Assembly: GCF_001194135.2 (NCBI RefSeq)
Contig: NC_068984.1
Span: forward strand, 119,120,572-119,184,571
Source: Octopus bimaculoides
Taxonomy: Eukaryota
Length of the DNA: 64,000 nucleotides
Direction of reading: 5' to 3'
Positions 40,005-53,039 of the stretch are shown here, piece by piece. Numbering within the stretch: position 1 is the stretch's first letter; every line of letters begins with the position of its first letter. The notes under the pieces are model-generated. The model saw only the letters and a program-made list of their open reading frames with translations. It was not told the DNA's origin and searched no databases. The translations under genes were made by a program, and so were the position numbers.

Positions 40005-40372
40005 TTTTACTTGTATCAGTCATTGAACTCCAGCCATGCTGGGTCCCCACCCTGAAGGGTTATGATCGAATAAATTGATCCCAGTACTTATTTTTTAAAA
40101 GCCAGTCTCTCTTGTTGAACTGCTAAATTACAGGGACATAAACAAACCAACACTGATTGTCAAGTGGTGGTAGGACTAACACAGGCGCGCACACACACAC
40201 ACACACACACACACGGTGAGCTTCCATTTAGTTTCTGCCTACTGAATTCACTCGCTAGGCATTGGTTGGCCTGGATCTATAGTAGAAAATGCCCAATGTG
40301 CCACAAAGTAGGACTGAACTTGAAGCCACATGGTTGAAAAGTGAGCTTCTCAACCACACAGCCATGCCTGCT
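40005..40372 (-). mobile_element. SINE family A copy
   Basis: Both halves are present around a (CA)n tract. Confidence 0.75.
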
Positions 40373-40583
40373 CAATGTAGCAGTTAAATATTCCTCAACA
40401 TCACACACACTCTAAAATGTGCCTTATCAAATGACTGATGGCATTATAATCATGGGTATTATTAAACTGATAAGAACCACCTGCCCAAGTGCTAAATTCA
40501 TCACAATATTCATTTGAATGTAGTACTACTCAAATCTTCTACTTATATCTCATGTAGCATATAGAACTCCTTTATCAATAAAA

Positions 40584-41045
40584 TTAACCCCATCAAATGT
40601 AATGCCTATTTATTCACATTGTTTTGGAATTAATCATACATTGTCTCAGTGGCTTAGTGGTTAGAGTAATCAGCTCATGCTCGTAAGATTGTGAGTTTGA
40701 TTCCTGGCAGCACATTGTTTCCTTAATCAAGACACTTTATTTCACATTGCTCCAGTCCACTCAGCTGACAAAAATGAGTAGTACCTGCATTTCAAAGGGC
40801 CAGCCTTGCCACATTATGTGTCACACTGAAATCTCCTTGAGAACTACATTAATGGTACATGTATCTGTGGAGTGCTCAGCCACTTACGCATTAACTTCAT
40901 GAGAAGTTTGTTCCATTGATTGGATCAACTGGAAACCTCATCCAATGAAGTGCCATATACATTATCTCATAGCTTCAAGATTTCGATGATGTGACTATTT
41001 ATTTTTAGAATGACATTGTAGGGTAGGTGGGAGAGGCTGGATCTC
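40584..41045 (+). mobile_element. piggyBac-like MITE family 2 interrupted by SINE family C (40648-40956)
   Basis: MITE sequence matches 44006-44232 and 54822-55049 on both sides of the SINE. The 12-bp target duplication is atacattgtctc / atacattatctc. Confidence 0.8.
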
Positions 41046-41100
41046 TCTCTCTCTCTCTCTGTGCTTGAGAAGATATGTCAAGCTAAGTGAAATCATGTTC

Positions 41101-41388
41101 ATGGCCAGTGCTGGTGACATGTAAAAAGGACCCATCCCAGTGACACATAAGTGGTACCCAAGCTGGTGACACATTAAAGGCACCTATGCCAGTGATACAT
41201 ATAAGGCTCCCATGCCGGTAACATGTAAAAGATACCCAGTACACTCTGTAGAGTGATTGACATTAGGAAGGGCATCCAGCCATAGAAACCAAGCGAAACC
41301 AGAATCGAGCCTGGTGCAGCTCTCCAGCTTACCAACTCCAGTCAAACCATCTAACCCATACAGAGAACAGACATTAAAGGATGATGAT
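41101..41388 (+). mobile_element. RTE 3'-UTR fragment with five roughly 26-bp tandem units
   Basis: ttaggaagggcatccagcc motif and a gatgatgat tail running into (TA)n. Confidence 0.75.
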
Positions 41389-41409
41389 ATATATATATAT
41401 TATATGTGG

Positions 41410-41462
<53 letters not shown>

Positions 41463-42241
41463 GTGTGTGTGTGTGTGTGTGCATGCATATGCACATGTCT
41501 CTGTGATTGCTCCCTCACTGCTTAACAACCAGTATTGCTTTGTTCACATCTTTCCCCTTAACTTAGTGGTGCAGCAGAAAAAAACCAATAAAATAAGTAC
41601 CAGACTTCAAAAAACAAAACATAAATACAGGGGTTGATATGATAGATTGAAGCCTTCTAAGTTGTTCCCCAGCAATGTCACAGTCCTATGAATGAAGCAA
41701 GTAAATGAATAAAATAGTCCCTCGAAACTGACTCAGTGATTTGGGTTTTCTAAGTTTCATAATCACTTGAGATTTAATGTTAACTCTAAGATAGATTATC
41801 TAAGATATTAATCCCACCAACTCTTTATAACCTGCAATGATTTTAAGCTGGAATCATCAAGCTCAGTTTGTCCTCTCTTCTTTCATTCTTGGGACCAAAC
41901 AGCCATAAGATCATCATTTCCAGCAATGTTTTCTATACAAAAAAAAAAAAAGAAAAGAAAAATGAAATGGAATAAAAATGAATGAAAATGTGTTTTACAA
42001 GTCTGTTTCATGAGAATATTCTCAGTATAATTAATTAATTGAGGTAAACAAATTTATTAGGTGTTTTTTTTTAAAAGCAAGCCAAATAAACAAACCCCCT
42101 AAAAAACTAAATCTCATCTATATATATTTATTGTCTTAGAAATATTAAAAACTCTTTCTTCTTTTCCCTGTTTTTTCTTTTTTGTTTTTCCTTAATATTT
42201 CACCAATAAATAAACATGAGTAAAAAGGGTTAAAATGGCAC

Positions 42242-42717
42242 TACAGTTGAAAATCCTTTATCCAAAATTCCAAAATCTGAAAGTATGTTATTTAAAAAAT
42301 AAAATGCTGACTTTTTTCCAGTTTTCCTTTTATTTACCTGTAATCATGTTCAATGCTTTGTTTTTATACCTTACATAAACCCTAACATCTATATAGTTAA
42401 AAAAATTAAGTACAAATGGCAAACATGTACTGTAACCTGTAAATCAAAACAGGACATCATAGTGGAAACTAGTATTTTATCTTTCTGATAGAATTATGCA
42501 TAAAAGGTTATTAAAAAATTATATAGAACTACATTCAAGATATATCTATAAGCTATATTATGAAATCTAAATGGATATTGTGTTTAGACTTGGGTCCCAT
42601 CTCAAAGCTGTCCCAGTTTACAGGTGTTAATAAAAGAATATTCCAAAATAAAAACAAAATTCAAAGTTTGTAACAATTTCAGTTCCAGGAATTTTGGATA
42701 AGGGATTCTTGATGTTA
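42242..42717 (+). mobile_element. Tigger/pogo-like non-autonomous DNA transposon
   Basis: TA-flanked imperfect TIRs cagttgaaaatcctttatcc / ggataagggattcttgatgt, with internal ttgtgtttagacttgggtcccatc. Confidence 0.7.
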
Positions 42718-42737
42718 TAAGAATTTTTCATATTATA

Positions 42738-43146
42738 GGCACAGGAGTGGCTGTGAGGTAAGTAGCTTGCTTACCAACCACATGGTTCCGGATTCAGTCC
42801 CACTGCGTGGCACCTTGGGTAAGTGTCTTCTACTATAGCCTTGGGCCAACCAAAGCCTTGTGAGTGGATTTGGAAGACGAAAACTGAAAGAAGCCCGTCG
42901 TATATATGTATATATATATATGTGTATGTGTGTGTTTGTGTGTCTGTGTTTGTCCCCCCCCCCACACACAACATCGCTTGACAACCGATGCTGGTGTGTT
43001 TACGTCCCCCGTAACTTAGCAGTTCGGCAAAAGAGACCGATAGAATAAGTACTAGGTTTCCAAAGAATAAGTCCTGGGGTCAATTTGCTCGACTAAAGGC
43101 AGTGCTCCAGCATGGCTGCAGTCAAATGACTGAAACAAGTAAAGAG
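42738..43146 (+). mobile_element. Full-length SINE family A (tRNA-derived head, CORE-like box, internal microsatellite)
   Basis: Intact CpGs and a B-box-like ggttccggattcagtccc. Target duplication tattata on both sides. Confidence 0.9.
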
Positions 43147-44869
43147 TATTATAGCTTTATCTGATAAAGAAAGACAGAGCCCATAGTTTATAGCCTTCCC
43201 ATGTCCACTATAAGAAGGAATTTGAGAAGGACAAGAATGAATGAGGAAAAAGTGTTTAGTAACGCAGAGTGTATGGAGTGAAACAGTGAAAATCTCCAGA
43301 AGAAGAGTGCTGGATAAAAACAAGCAAGTGGAAATGGAGGTGGTATACATCCATCATGTTTGGAAAAGCAAGGAAGACAACACAACATGGTGGTTTACAA
43401 GTGCTTGTGGTATGTTAAGGAATAAAGGGGTTTGTTCCATCAACCGAGATGGCCTTGTTTATTTGTTATGATTAGCATTGCTTGGGTTAATAATAAATAT
43501 CACAACTTAACACAAAGCACAGCAAGGGGCTTCATTCTCTTCACAACTCTCAGAACATGGCAATGAACACAACTCCATGATGGATGGGCAGTCAAGGTCA
43601 GATTCACTTTTGTTGAAAGATTTGTGATTTTTCAGGATCTGTAGGCATTCTCATATTTAGGACTCCTACTTACTTGCAGGTTTTCAATTATGATTTTAAG
43701 GATCTTTAAGCATTCTCAGATTTTGGGATCCTACTTGCTTGAAAATTTTCAAATAATTTATGTTACACTTGATGAATACAATTTCCAAAACAATGTTTTC
43801 TTTATACAGTGGAACCAAAACACATTTGCTTCTTCAATATAATGTTCATATATAAGTCAGCATGTCATTAGAGTTCTTCTTTTGGGTTAATGATAAATAT
43901 CACACATATATACTATAATTTGAAACTAAAATTCTTAGTTAAAATTTACTTTAATTCTGCATTGAGCTTTTATTAATTGGCAGATGAGTAACATGGCTTC
44001 AAATTTTAACCCCTTAGCATCCAGATTACTCTATCAAATGTGATATCTATTCACATTGCTTTGAATTAATCATTCACTATTTTGTAGCTTCAAGATTTCA
44101 ATGATGTGATTGTTTATTTTTCAGATTACATTGTAGGTGTGAGAGACTGAATTTGTCCGGTTTGAACATAAAGTCAGTAGATTATTTGGACCAGCTATAG
44201 CTGATTTAAATACAATATAGCCAGTTTAAATACTATTTTGTTTTGATTAAGACTAATGTTTAAAAATGTTGATTGCTATCCATTGGAAAATACCAATTAT
44301 CATTAACACCCTGCTGAAGTAACAGTTTGATGACTTGTCTCCAAATCTATGGTCAAAATACTAAACTCAAACCACCTTAGACACAAGGGAAATACCACAG
44401 AAAAGTACAAGTATAGACAACTAATCCAGGCAGCTAGAACTGATTGGTTAAGTGTTTTATTAGTTTCAATAGTCAAAATCTGAAAAAAGAGCAAGTTTCT
44501 TTCCAGACTATGAAGTGTTTCTTAGTTACTGAATGTCATGGACAATAAGCTATTCCTGTGTACACCAATGCATGGTAGTAATTGTAGGAGAAACAGAATA
44601 TTAAGTAAGTAACCAATAGCCTTAATATTTTGATATCATTAGCAAGTTTGTTTTATGTTAAGGTCTACTTATGTTTTTTGAGCAACGTATTAACAGAATT
44701 TACTTTGCAATAAAACTCTCTGGACAATGTAATTTTAAATTTGAAACAGATAAAAATATTCCGTGAAAATAAGAGGAAGAAAGAAAGAGGAGGAGGAGGA
44801 GGAGGAGGAGAGAGACAAAAAAGAGGAGAAAGAAAGAAAGAAAGAAAGTTAAAGAAAGACTAGAAAGAA

Positions 44870-47600
44870 AGCGTCTGCATTTTTACTAACTGCATAGAAT
44901 AACAAATTTAAGTTTTTACAAATATCAAATCAATGTTAACATGAGACGAAAACATAATACAAGAAACGTGAATAAAATCAGTTATAAAATAAATAAAAAT
45001 AGCTTTAAATTTTGACTACAAAACTTGTGAAACTACATGAAATTATTGAATGGTTGAAAAATAGTTTGTTTGTTTGTTGGGTTTTTTTTTCGGTTGAGAA
45101 AATAAGTCGTTTGTAAATAAATTACGCAATTGTTTATTATTTATCATTGTTCATTTTTGTAAATTCAAACAGATCACAACTCACGTCGTTCCGAGTTACG
45201 TCTTTTTCAACTTTACACTCGACTTTACGTTTTTTTATTTTATCTTCGTTTTAACGAAATTAATGGAAAAAATAAACCTTAACGCCACACCATCTATCTG
45301 ACTTGAAGTCGGTGTCAGTAAACATATTTAAAAGCATAAAAATTATTTTCAAAATCTAAAAACTAATACTGAAGTGGAAAATCAAATAAAATACAGGTGG
45401 AAATATGTATGAACCATCTAGGATCGCTTCTGTTTGCCTTCACTTTTTGAAATTTAAAAATTAAGTGAAAATTTTCAATTACCCAAAATTTGCAAACTAT
45501 TAACTGTTTATTTATTGATTTATGACGTAAATGAAATGCATTTCAATAATTAGCATACAAAACATCGATACACCAAACCTGAAATCAATTGGAACAAAAT
45601 TAAGGAAATTGAAAAGTGAAAGCCAAACAGACCATCTGTTAAAACAGATATAAGCTAATAAAATTTTTATTGTTTTTTGTGTGTGTGTGTGTGTTATGTC
45701 GGTTTTCGAGTTAAACTTCATGTTTTGTAACCAATTACAGACACAAATTGAAGCATGTCTGTAATATATATTTGTAAAAAATTTGAATTAAGATGACGCT
45801 GACAATAAATAAATAAGCTGGGCGGCCGTCAGAGTTAGGAAGCACCAAGTTGGNNNNNNNNNNNNNNNNNNNNNNNNNNNNNNNNNNNNNNNNNNNNNNN
45901 NNNNNNNNNNNNNNNNNNNNNNNNNNNNNNNNNNNNNNNNNNNNNNNNNNNNNNNNNNNNNNNNNNNNNNNNNNNNNNNNNNNNNNNNNNNNNNNNNNNN
46001 NNNNNNNNNNNNNNNNNNNNNNNNNNNNNNNNNNNNNNNNNNNNNNNNNNNNNNNNNNNNNNNNNNNNNNNNNNNNNNNNNNNNNNNNNNNNNNNNNNNN
46101 NNNNNNNNNNNNNNNNNNNNNNNNNNNNNNNNNNNNNNNNNNNNNNNNNNNNNNNNNNNNNNNNNNNNNNNNNNNNNNNNNNNNNNNNNNNNNNNNNNNN
46201 NNNNNNNNNNNNNNNNNNNNNNNNNNNNNNNNNNNNNNNNNNNNNNNNNNNNNNNNNNNNNNNNNNNNNNNNNNNNNNNNNNNNNNNNNNNNNNNNNNNN
46301 NNNNNNNNNNNNNNNNNNNNNNNNNNNNNNNNNNNNNNNNNNNNNNNNNNNNNNNNNNNNNNNNNNNNNNNNNNNNNNNNNNNNNNNNNNNNNNNNNNNN
46401 NNNNNNNNNNNNNNNNNNNNNNNNNNNNNNNNNNNNNNNNNNNNNNNNNNNNNNNNNNNNNNNNNNNNNNNNNNNNNNNNNNNNNNNNNNNNNNNNNNNN
46501 NNNNNNNNNNNNNNNNNNNNNNNNNNNNNNNNNNNNNNNNNNNNNNNNNNNNNNNNNNNNNNNNNNNNNNNNNNNNNNNNNNNNNNNNNNNNNNNNNNNN
46601 NNNNNNNNNNNNNNNNNATCATTCCCAAGGGCAGCGTGAAAAAAAAAGAAAAAAATCTGAGAAATCCCCGTCAAAACGGAGAAATTCCAACCTGGTGCTC
46701 CCTAACTCCGACGTCCGCCAATAACTACTTTTCGATATTATTGGTTCTAGTACTTGATTGGTGTTTAACTTTAGCGACCCAAAAAGGATGAAAAAGAAAG
46801 TTGAGACTTCGGTGGAGTTTGAACTCCTGTTCATAAAAAGTCGGAATAAATACCGCAAAACATTTTCACCTACGAACTACTGATTCTACCAGATAGTGAG
46901 TATGTGGGCGATAGTATTGGCAATGAGGAGGAGGCAAAGGCTATGAAGAATCACCAATAAATAAATAAACAAATAAATGAATGAATGAATAAACAAAACA
47001 ATCCTTAGATGGAGTTTTTTTTTTAGAGGTTCTCTTTTGCCTGACTGAATGATTGACAAAATATTTTGTTCGAATATAACTTAACAATGCTGTAAACAAA
47101 TCACAATAAATTTTTCAAATAATGACCTGTATTTTATCCAAAGAGCCGGTTACGTTTAATTGACAAAACTTTTGAACAATCAACAGATGTGTATGTCGTA
47201 TGTGTGATCATTACACGCAATTTATTATTAGGACACCAAGTAATTTAATAAATTTCTATCAGAAATCGAGCATTTTTCTATATATCTAAGCATGTCTACC
47301 ACTAAGATGTGACTTGCGTGGGTTTGCAATGTGCTACAGAATAAGAAGTATTGCGTAATGTTAGAAGACAAACTACTGTAATGCTTGCAGCTGCAAAAAG
47401 ACAAGCGTGATAAACCAAAGAGTAAATTAATATGTAAAAGAAAAATAAATAAATTTTGATTTACGAAAATCATTATTTCATTAAGTGATAACAGATTCAA
47501 AATAAATTAAGAGCGAAATTTTATCTATTTTGTTTTCAGCGCATGTTGTTTGAGCACCGCTGACTTTGTAACAAATGACCAGCCCATGAAAACGGTATAT
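44870..47600. promoter_or_regulatory. CpG-retaining region, possible promoter or first exon
   Basis: By eye, CpG is far more frequent than in the depleted 1-44 kb interval. A minus-strand GTGAGT donor lies at 45184-45179. Confidence 0.35.
45821..46719. mobile_element. Element with 33-bp inverted termini spanning an N gap
   Basis: ggcggccgtcagagttaggaagcaccaagttgg versus the reverse complement ggcggacgtcggagttagggagcaccaggttgg (4 mismatches). Confidence 0.65.
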
Positions 47601-48173
47601 ATACATACATATGTATGTATATATATATGTATATATATATATANNNNNNNNNNNNNNNNNNNNNNNNNNNNNNNNNNNNNNNNNNNNNNNNNNNNNNNNN
47701 NNNNNNNNNNNNNNNNNNNNNNNNNNNNNNNNNNNNNNNNNNNNNNNNNNNNNNNNNNNNNNNNNNNNNNNNNNNNNNNNNNNNNNNNNNNNNNNNNNNN
47801 NNNNNNNNNNNNNNNNNNNNNNNNNNNNNNNNNNNNNNNNNNNNNNNNNNNNNNNNNNNNNNNNNNNNNNNNNNNNNNNNNNNNNNNNNNNNNNNNNNNN
47901 NNNNNNNNNNNNNNNNNNNNNNNNNNNNNNNNNNNNNNNNNNNNNNNNNNNNNNNNNNNNNNNNNNNNNNNNNNNNNNNNNNNNNNNNNNNNNNNNNNNN
48001 NNNNNNNNNNNNNNNNNNNNNNNNNNNNNNNNNNNNNNNNNNNNNNNNNNNNNNNNNNNNNNNNNNNNNNNNNNNNNNNNNNNNNNNNNNNNNNNNNNNN
48101 NNNNNNNNNNNNNNNNNNNNNNNNNNNNNNNNNNNNNNNNNNNNNNNNNNNNNNNNNNNNNNNNNNNNNNNNN

Positions 48174-48234
<61 letters not shown>

Positions 48235-50304
48235 CCATACATATATGTATATATATGTATGTAGTCTTTTATTCTTTTACTTGTTTCAGTCATTTGACTG
48301 TGGCCAAGCTATATAATATGTATACATATATATGTGTGAATATATATATATATATACACACACACACATACATATACAATTGCACTATACATACACACAT
48401 ATATGTATATATATGTGTATGTGTGTGTGTGTGTGTACACATGTATATAAGTATGTATATGTGTGTGTGTATTCTTCAATTGTTTGAAGAATATAGATTA
48501 CCAAAAATGGTACCCATCTGTGACCAGTGAATATGAGGTTAAAGATTAAATTTAAGTGTAGGAAGATATACAGAAAATAGAAATCTATTGTTTTATTTAC
48601 TGCAAAAAATCCAAATAAAGCAATAAAATAGTTTTAAATGCTGATAAAAATCAATATGTTTGTCATTTTCTAATGATGGTCTATTTTTATCAAGATCTCA
48701 GAAAGAAATTAGGTCAGAATAACATTTTAAGTGCTGTTGCCTTAATTACGTAACTATTTGCCTGGTGAGTTGACCGTCCCCCAATAAAAAATGTCTGCTT
48801 TTCTTTTCTTCTCCCTTTTATTTGCTGGAAGTTGTCATGTTGTAGAACAGCATATTTTATAGAAACAACATTATTGATTATTTAATCTATGAATATCGTA
48901 AATCATAAATATATTTATATAATTGCTTGGGTGAAGTAAGTGCAATGATCAACCAAAAAATGATTCACAGATTTTAACACAAAAACAGGGAGGGGATGTC
49001 ATAACCTGGCATAGATATGGTGTAGTTCCCTTGCACATGAATATTAATTAGACTTCCATGCAAATCATGCTTTATATGGATACAGAAGAAATATGATATA
49101 GAATGTCTTCCTGAATAAATAGTTAATTATATAATATGAGTTTAAGATGTAGGGAATTCAGTATAATGAAAATATGACATAACAGTCAGGGTATGTAATA
49201 TGATAATATGAATGCATGTGTATAGTTGATATGTATATATTATGGGAATTATATAAGGGGATCAGAAAAATTATATGTTGTTGGATGGGGTTGGTGTTAT
49301 GGAAAATATTTACTTAAGGAATATTGTTAGTAGCAGTTTGTTCAGTTTGTATAATCAAGATGTCTTATGAAAAATTGATTCACTCTGAAATAGAAATATG
49401 TGTATCAGGGTTTTGGGAGGCAGATTCTAATTTTATGGATATTGTTATGAGTTGTTTATTTTTGATAGGGTAGGGATCTGTATAAACATAGTAGCTGCTA
49501 TTATGGATATATCTATGTTCTCCATGTATGAGCGAATATTTAGTGGGGAGGTCTTTAGATAAATGAGAGTTTCATGATATGGTTGCAAGGGTGTATTTTA
49601 ATAGGTGTAATAAAGATAATGTAGATATAAATGTATACTGTGAATTATATGAGCAATTGTGATTTACGGTTGTAATTGTGTTTAAGTTCAAATGGATGGA
49701 ACTGAGTAATGGGGAAAGTTAATGTGAATAAAAAAACAAAACTGGGTATAATAGGTGTTTTGAATAACTAAATAGGTGGTGTACATTAAAAATAAAGTGT
49801 TAAGATATGCTATGGTGAAAAGAAAAGCCTGTAAATTTATAAGGTGAGAGCAGGATTGGAGAGAAAGTGTGAAATATAATGAAGCAAAGGTGGAAAAGAG
49901 ATTTGGAAACAACTTGTTTGTGCAAATGTGGTCAATTGAAAACTCCACATACTGGACACCAGTAGGATTCAGGTGGGGTCATCAGGAGAGAATGCACACC
50001 ATTTTGGGGGCCTTCCTCTCGACAGCCTTACAGTACACTAGTGCCTCCTTACTGATTTAAGATCCTCACTAACTAGATTAATTGACTGGTATTTGATCTT
50101 ATGTCCATTTTGAGATCATCAGCACCATTCACATTATGGAGTCATACAGGTTTGACCTGCCTTATAGACAAACAGATACTAGCCTCACACTCACATTTCG
50201 CCTTTCCAATCAAGTTTCATCATAAAACTTTTTTTTTGCCTCATTCAACAAGTATAAAGAGGTGTTATTAATTATATGCTTTAATATAGTAGGAACAATA
50301 TAAT

Positions 50305-50525
50305 GCAGTGAGCTGGCAGAATTATTAGCACACAGGGTAAAATGCTTAGTGGCTTTTCATCTGTCCTTATATTTTGAGTTCAAATTTCGCTGAGGTCAAC
50401 TTTGCTTTCATCCTTTCGGGGTCGATAAAATAAGTACCAGTTGAGAGCTGAGGTTAATGCAATCAACTTACCCACTCGCCTAATCTTGCTGACCTTGTAC
50501 CAAAATTTGAAACCAGTATTGTAAA
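50305..50525 (+). mobile_element. SINE family B copy
   Basis: Head, catcctttcggggtcgataaaataagtaccag core, and aatttgaaacc tail. Confidence 0.8.
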
Positions 50526-51749
50526 AATAATAATTTCTATTCCTCCAATAATAATATAATCGTTGAATATTCTCAGCAAATCATAAAGCTATTGGCACTT
50601 TAGATTTAATTTTCAGAATTGGATCAAGATCATTAGATGTATCATTAAAAGTTATGTGTATACAGAGAGTTAGGTCAACCGAGGTCTCTATCAAATATAC
50701 AAAATACTGACAACTAAGAGTATATATATATGTATATATATATAAGGTGGCGAGCTGGCAGAAACATTAGCATGCATTTTATCTGGGGGTTAATTATAAC
50801 TGAAATGAGTACTATCTTAAGGTATAGCCAGTCTAGGCAGTTGTCCAGGTGGTCTATGGGTCCAGGGGCCAAATGCTAATCTATGTATGCAGTGAATTTG
50901 TTTGTAGGGGCCCCAGAACATTGCTTTGCCTAGAGATCTATAATGACATTGAGATGACCCTGGATGGAATACCTTTGTTCATAAATCTACATAATTAGAA
51001 CCGACAGTTCACTGCACTCCAATCTTCATTATGTTTCTTATTCCAAGATTCAGATCATCATCATCATTATCATCATCACCATTGCTATCACAACACCAAC
51101 ATCATCATCATCATCATTTTTGGCCATTTTTCCATGCTGGCATGGTTTAGATGGTACTATTTGAGACAGTATTTTATTTATAGATATCCATCTTGTCACC
51201 AACCATTTTAGCCACCTCTTACAACAAAAAGGAATATGGTGCAATTATTCTAAGTAAATCAGGATACAAACTAAGAGTAGTAACATTCTTATTTATTATA
51301 CTGCTGCCATATGTAAGCTATAAGGATGCTATTAGTCTTAGTTTAAAAATAAAGGCTCTTACTTTCAGTCTGGTCTGATACACATCCTGCAATAAGATAC
51401 TTGCAAGCAATTGGAATTGAAACCAAATGTAACAGTGTAAACATCAGTATTGAAAAATTTTTACATCTGAAGATGAGGTGAATAATCTGCAAAATTATAA
51501 TCTTATTAAATACTCATCTCAGATATTTAGTTTCACAGACAATACTGTTGTTAACCTTTTTATTAACATATTTCTGTAGAAATACACAGCTTTTGTTTCA
51601 CTTAATTTTGAAAATAATGAAGAATCTAATATAATAACTTTGTTAATATTAAGCCGGTGTGAGGGTGGCAGGATCATTAGCACTTTGGGCAAAATGCTTA
51701 GTAGCATTTTGTCCGCCTTTACGTTCTGAGTTCAAATTCCACTTTTCAT

Positions 51750-52314
51750 CCTATCCATAGGGTGACAGAACATTTGCTCTTTTACACAGTTGCCTGACAC
51801 AAAACGAGCATGTACCAGTCACTGAGAACACTGAGTGATGTCAGTTGTTTCGTCACACTGGATTGCAAAAACTGGAGAATCTCTTACTTGGTCAAGAATT
51901 TGATCTTTGATGTCTTGAGACATGTCGTTGATCCTTCCCTTGACTGTATCGTTTGATAGTGAAATCTGGGAAAGCTTGTTTGCACTATCTTTATTCAGAT
52001 CTTATGGTTCTTCTTGCTCTTTGCAATTGACATGGCGATCTCATAGGAAGCCTCAACAACCATTGAAGTTTGTTGCCGAAATGCCCCACTACCGTCCAAC
52101 TTAGTTTGCTTCAAAGAATGCCTTGGGCTTGTCTGCAAGAGCAGGATGTGTTGTCCTTAAGTGGCGTTCGAAGCGTAAGTGTTGCATTCCATCATTGCTC
52201 AAAGTTTTGTAAACATATCACACACACTGGGTAACTTCTGTGTCACCCTTTTGGGGGGAACACGAATTCAAATCAAATATATTCGTCAAGATACTTCTGT
52301 TTCTTTGCACTCAT
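51750..52314 (-). pseudogene. Decayed hAT (Buster/Charlie-type) transposase N-terminal fragment
   Basis: Translates, with stops and frameshifts, to MSAKKQKYLDEY..QCVIC..TLSNDGM..ERHLRTTHP..ASYEIA..ISLSNDTVKGRINDMSQDI..FAIQCDETTD. Confidence 0.88.
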
Positions 52315-52511
52315 TGTGTGTGATATGTTTACAAAACTTTGAGCAATGATGGAATGCAACACTTACGCTTCGAACGCCACTTAAGGACAACACATCCTGC
52401 TCTTGCAGACAAGCCCAAGGCATTCTTTGAAGCAAACTAAGTTGGACGGTAGTGGGGCATTTCGGCAACAAACTTCAATGGTTGTTGAGGCTTCCTATGA
52501 GATCGCCATGT
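52030..52511. repeat. Perfect inverted repeat, 197-bp arms (52030-52226 / 52315-52511), 88-bp spacer
   Basis: Base-by-base reverse-complement match; no mismatch found. Confidence 0.95.
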
Positions 52512-53039
52512 ATTTATTTGTGCGAAAATATAAAAAAAAGTTTCTTTAAAAAAGAAAAGATTTTGCATAGCTTTTAGTTTTACCTAGTACTTTCTGTAAT
52601 ATTTAAATCTGAATTTTAGTTTAACATTTGGATTTATATTATAATTTTTTCCTTACAAAAAAATTTAATATATTTTTAACATAAACATTTAATATTAAAA
52701 ATTTGGGTTTTCTTGTTGAAATTTTTTATTTTTCCAATCTGTTTTTAATTTCTTTGAGACTATTAAATTGAGCAATAATAGAGCTTATTACATACTTTTT
52801 GTTTTATTTCTTATTTTTAAATATACCATACTTTTCATCTTGCTAAAATTTAAAATTAGTTTAAAATTTTTTTAATTAAGTTAATATTTTTTAATATGTT
52901 ACTATAATGATTTTCAGCATGTTTCTTGATTTTTATGAATCACATTATATATATGAAAACTGTGGATCAAACTTGTTTATACTCTATTAACTGAAAAAGA
53001 TGTTTGTCTTTATATGATAATAATATCTAAGCTTTATAT

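Noticed and set aside
42738-42810. tRNA-like sequences at SINE heads
   Set aside because: A/B-box remnants only, with no full cloverleaf, and each continues into a SINE body.
47540-47594. Plus-strand 55-nt candidate exon
   Set aside because: Too short to support, and the donor runs into a microsatellite.
12272-48316. Many long ORF-track entries containing X runs
   Set aside because: They are open only because they cross N gaps.
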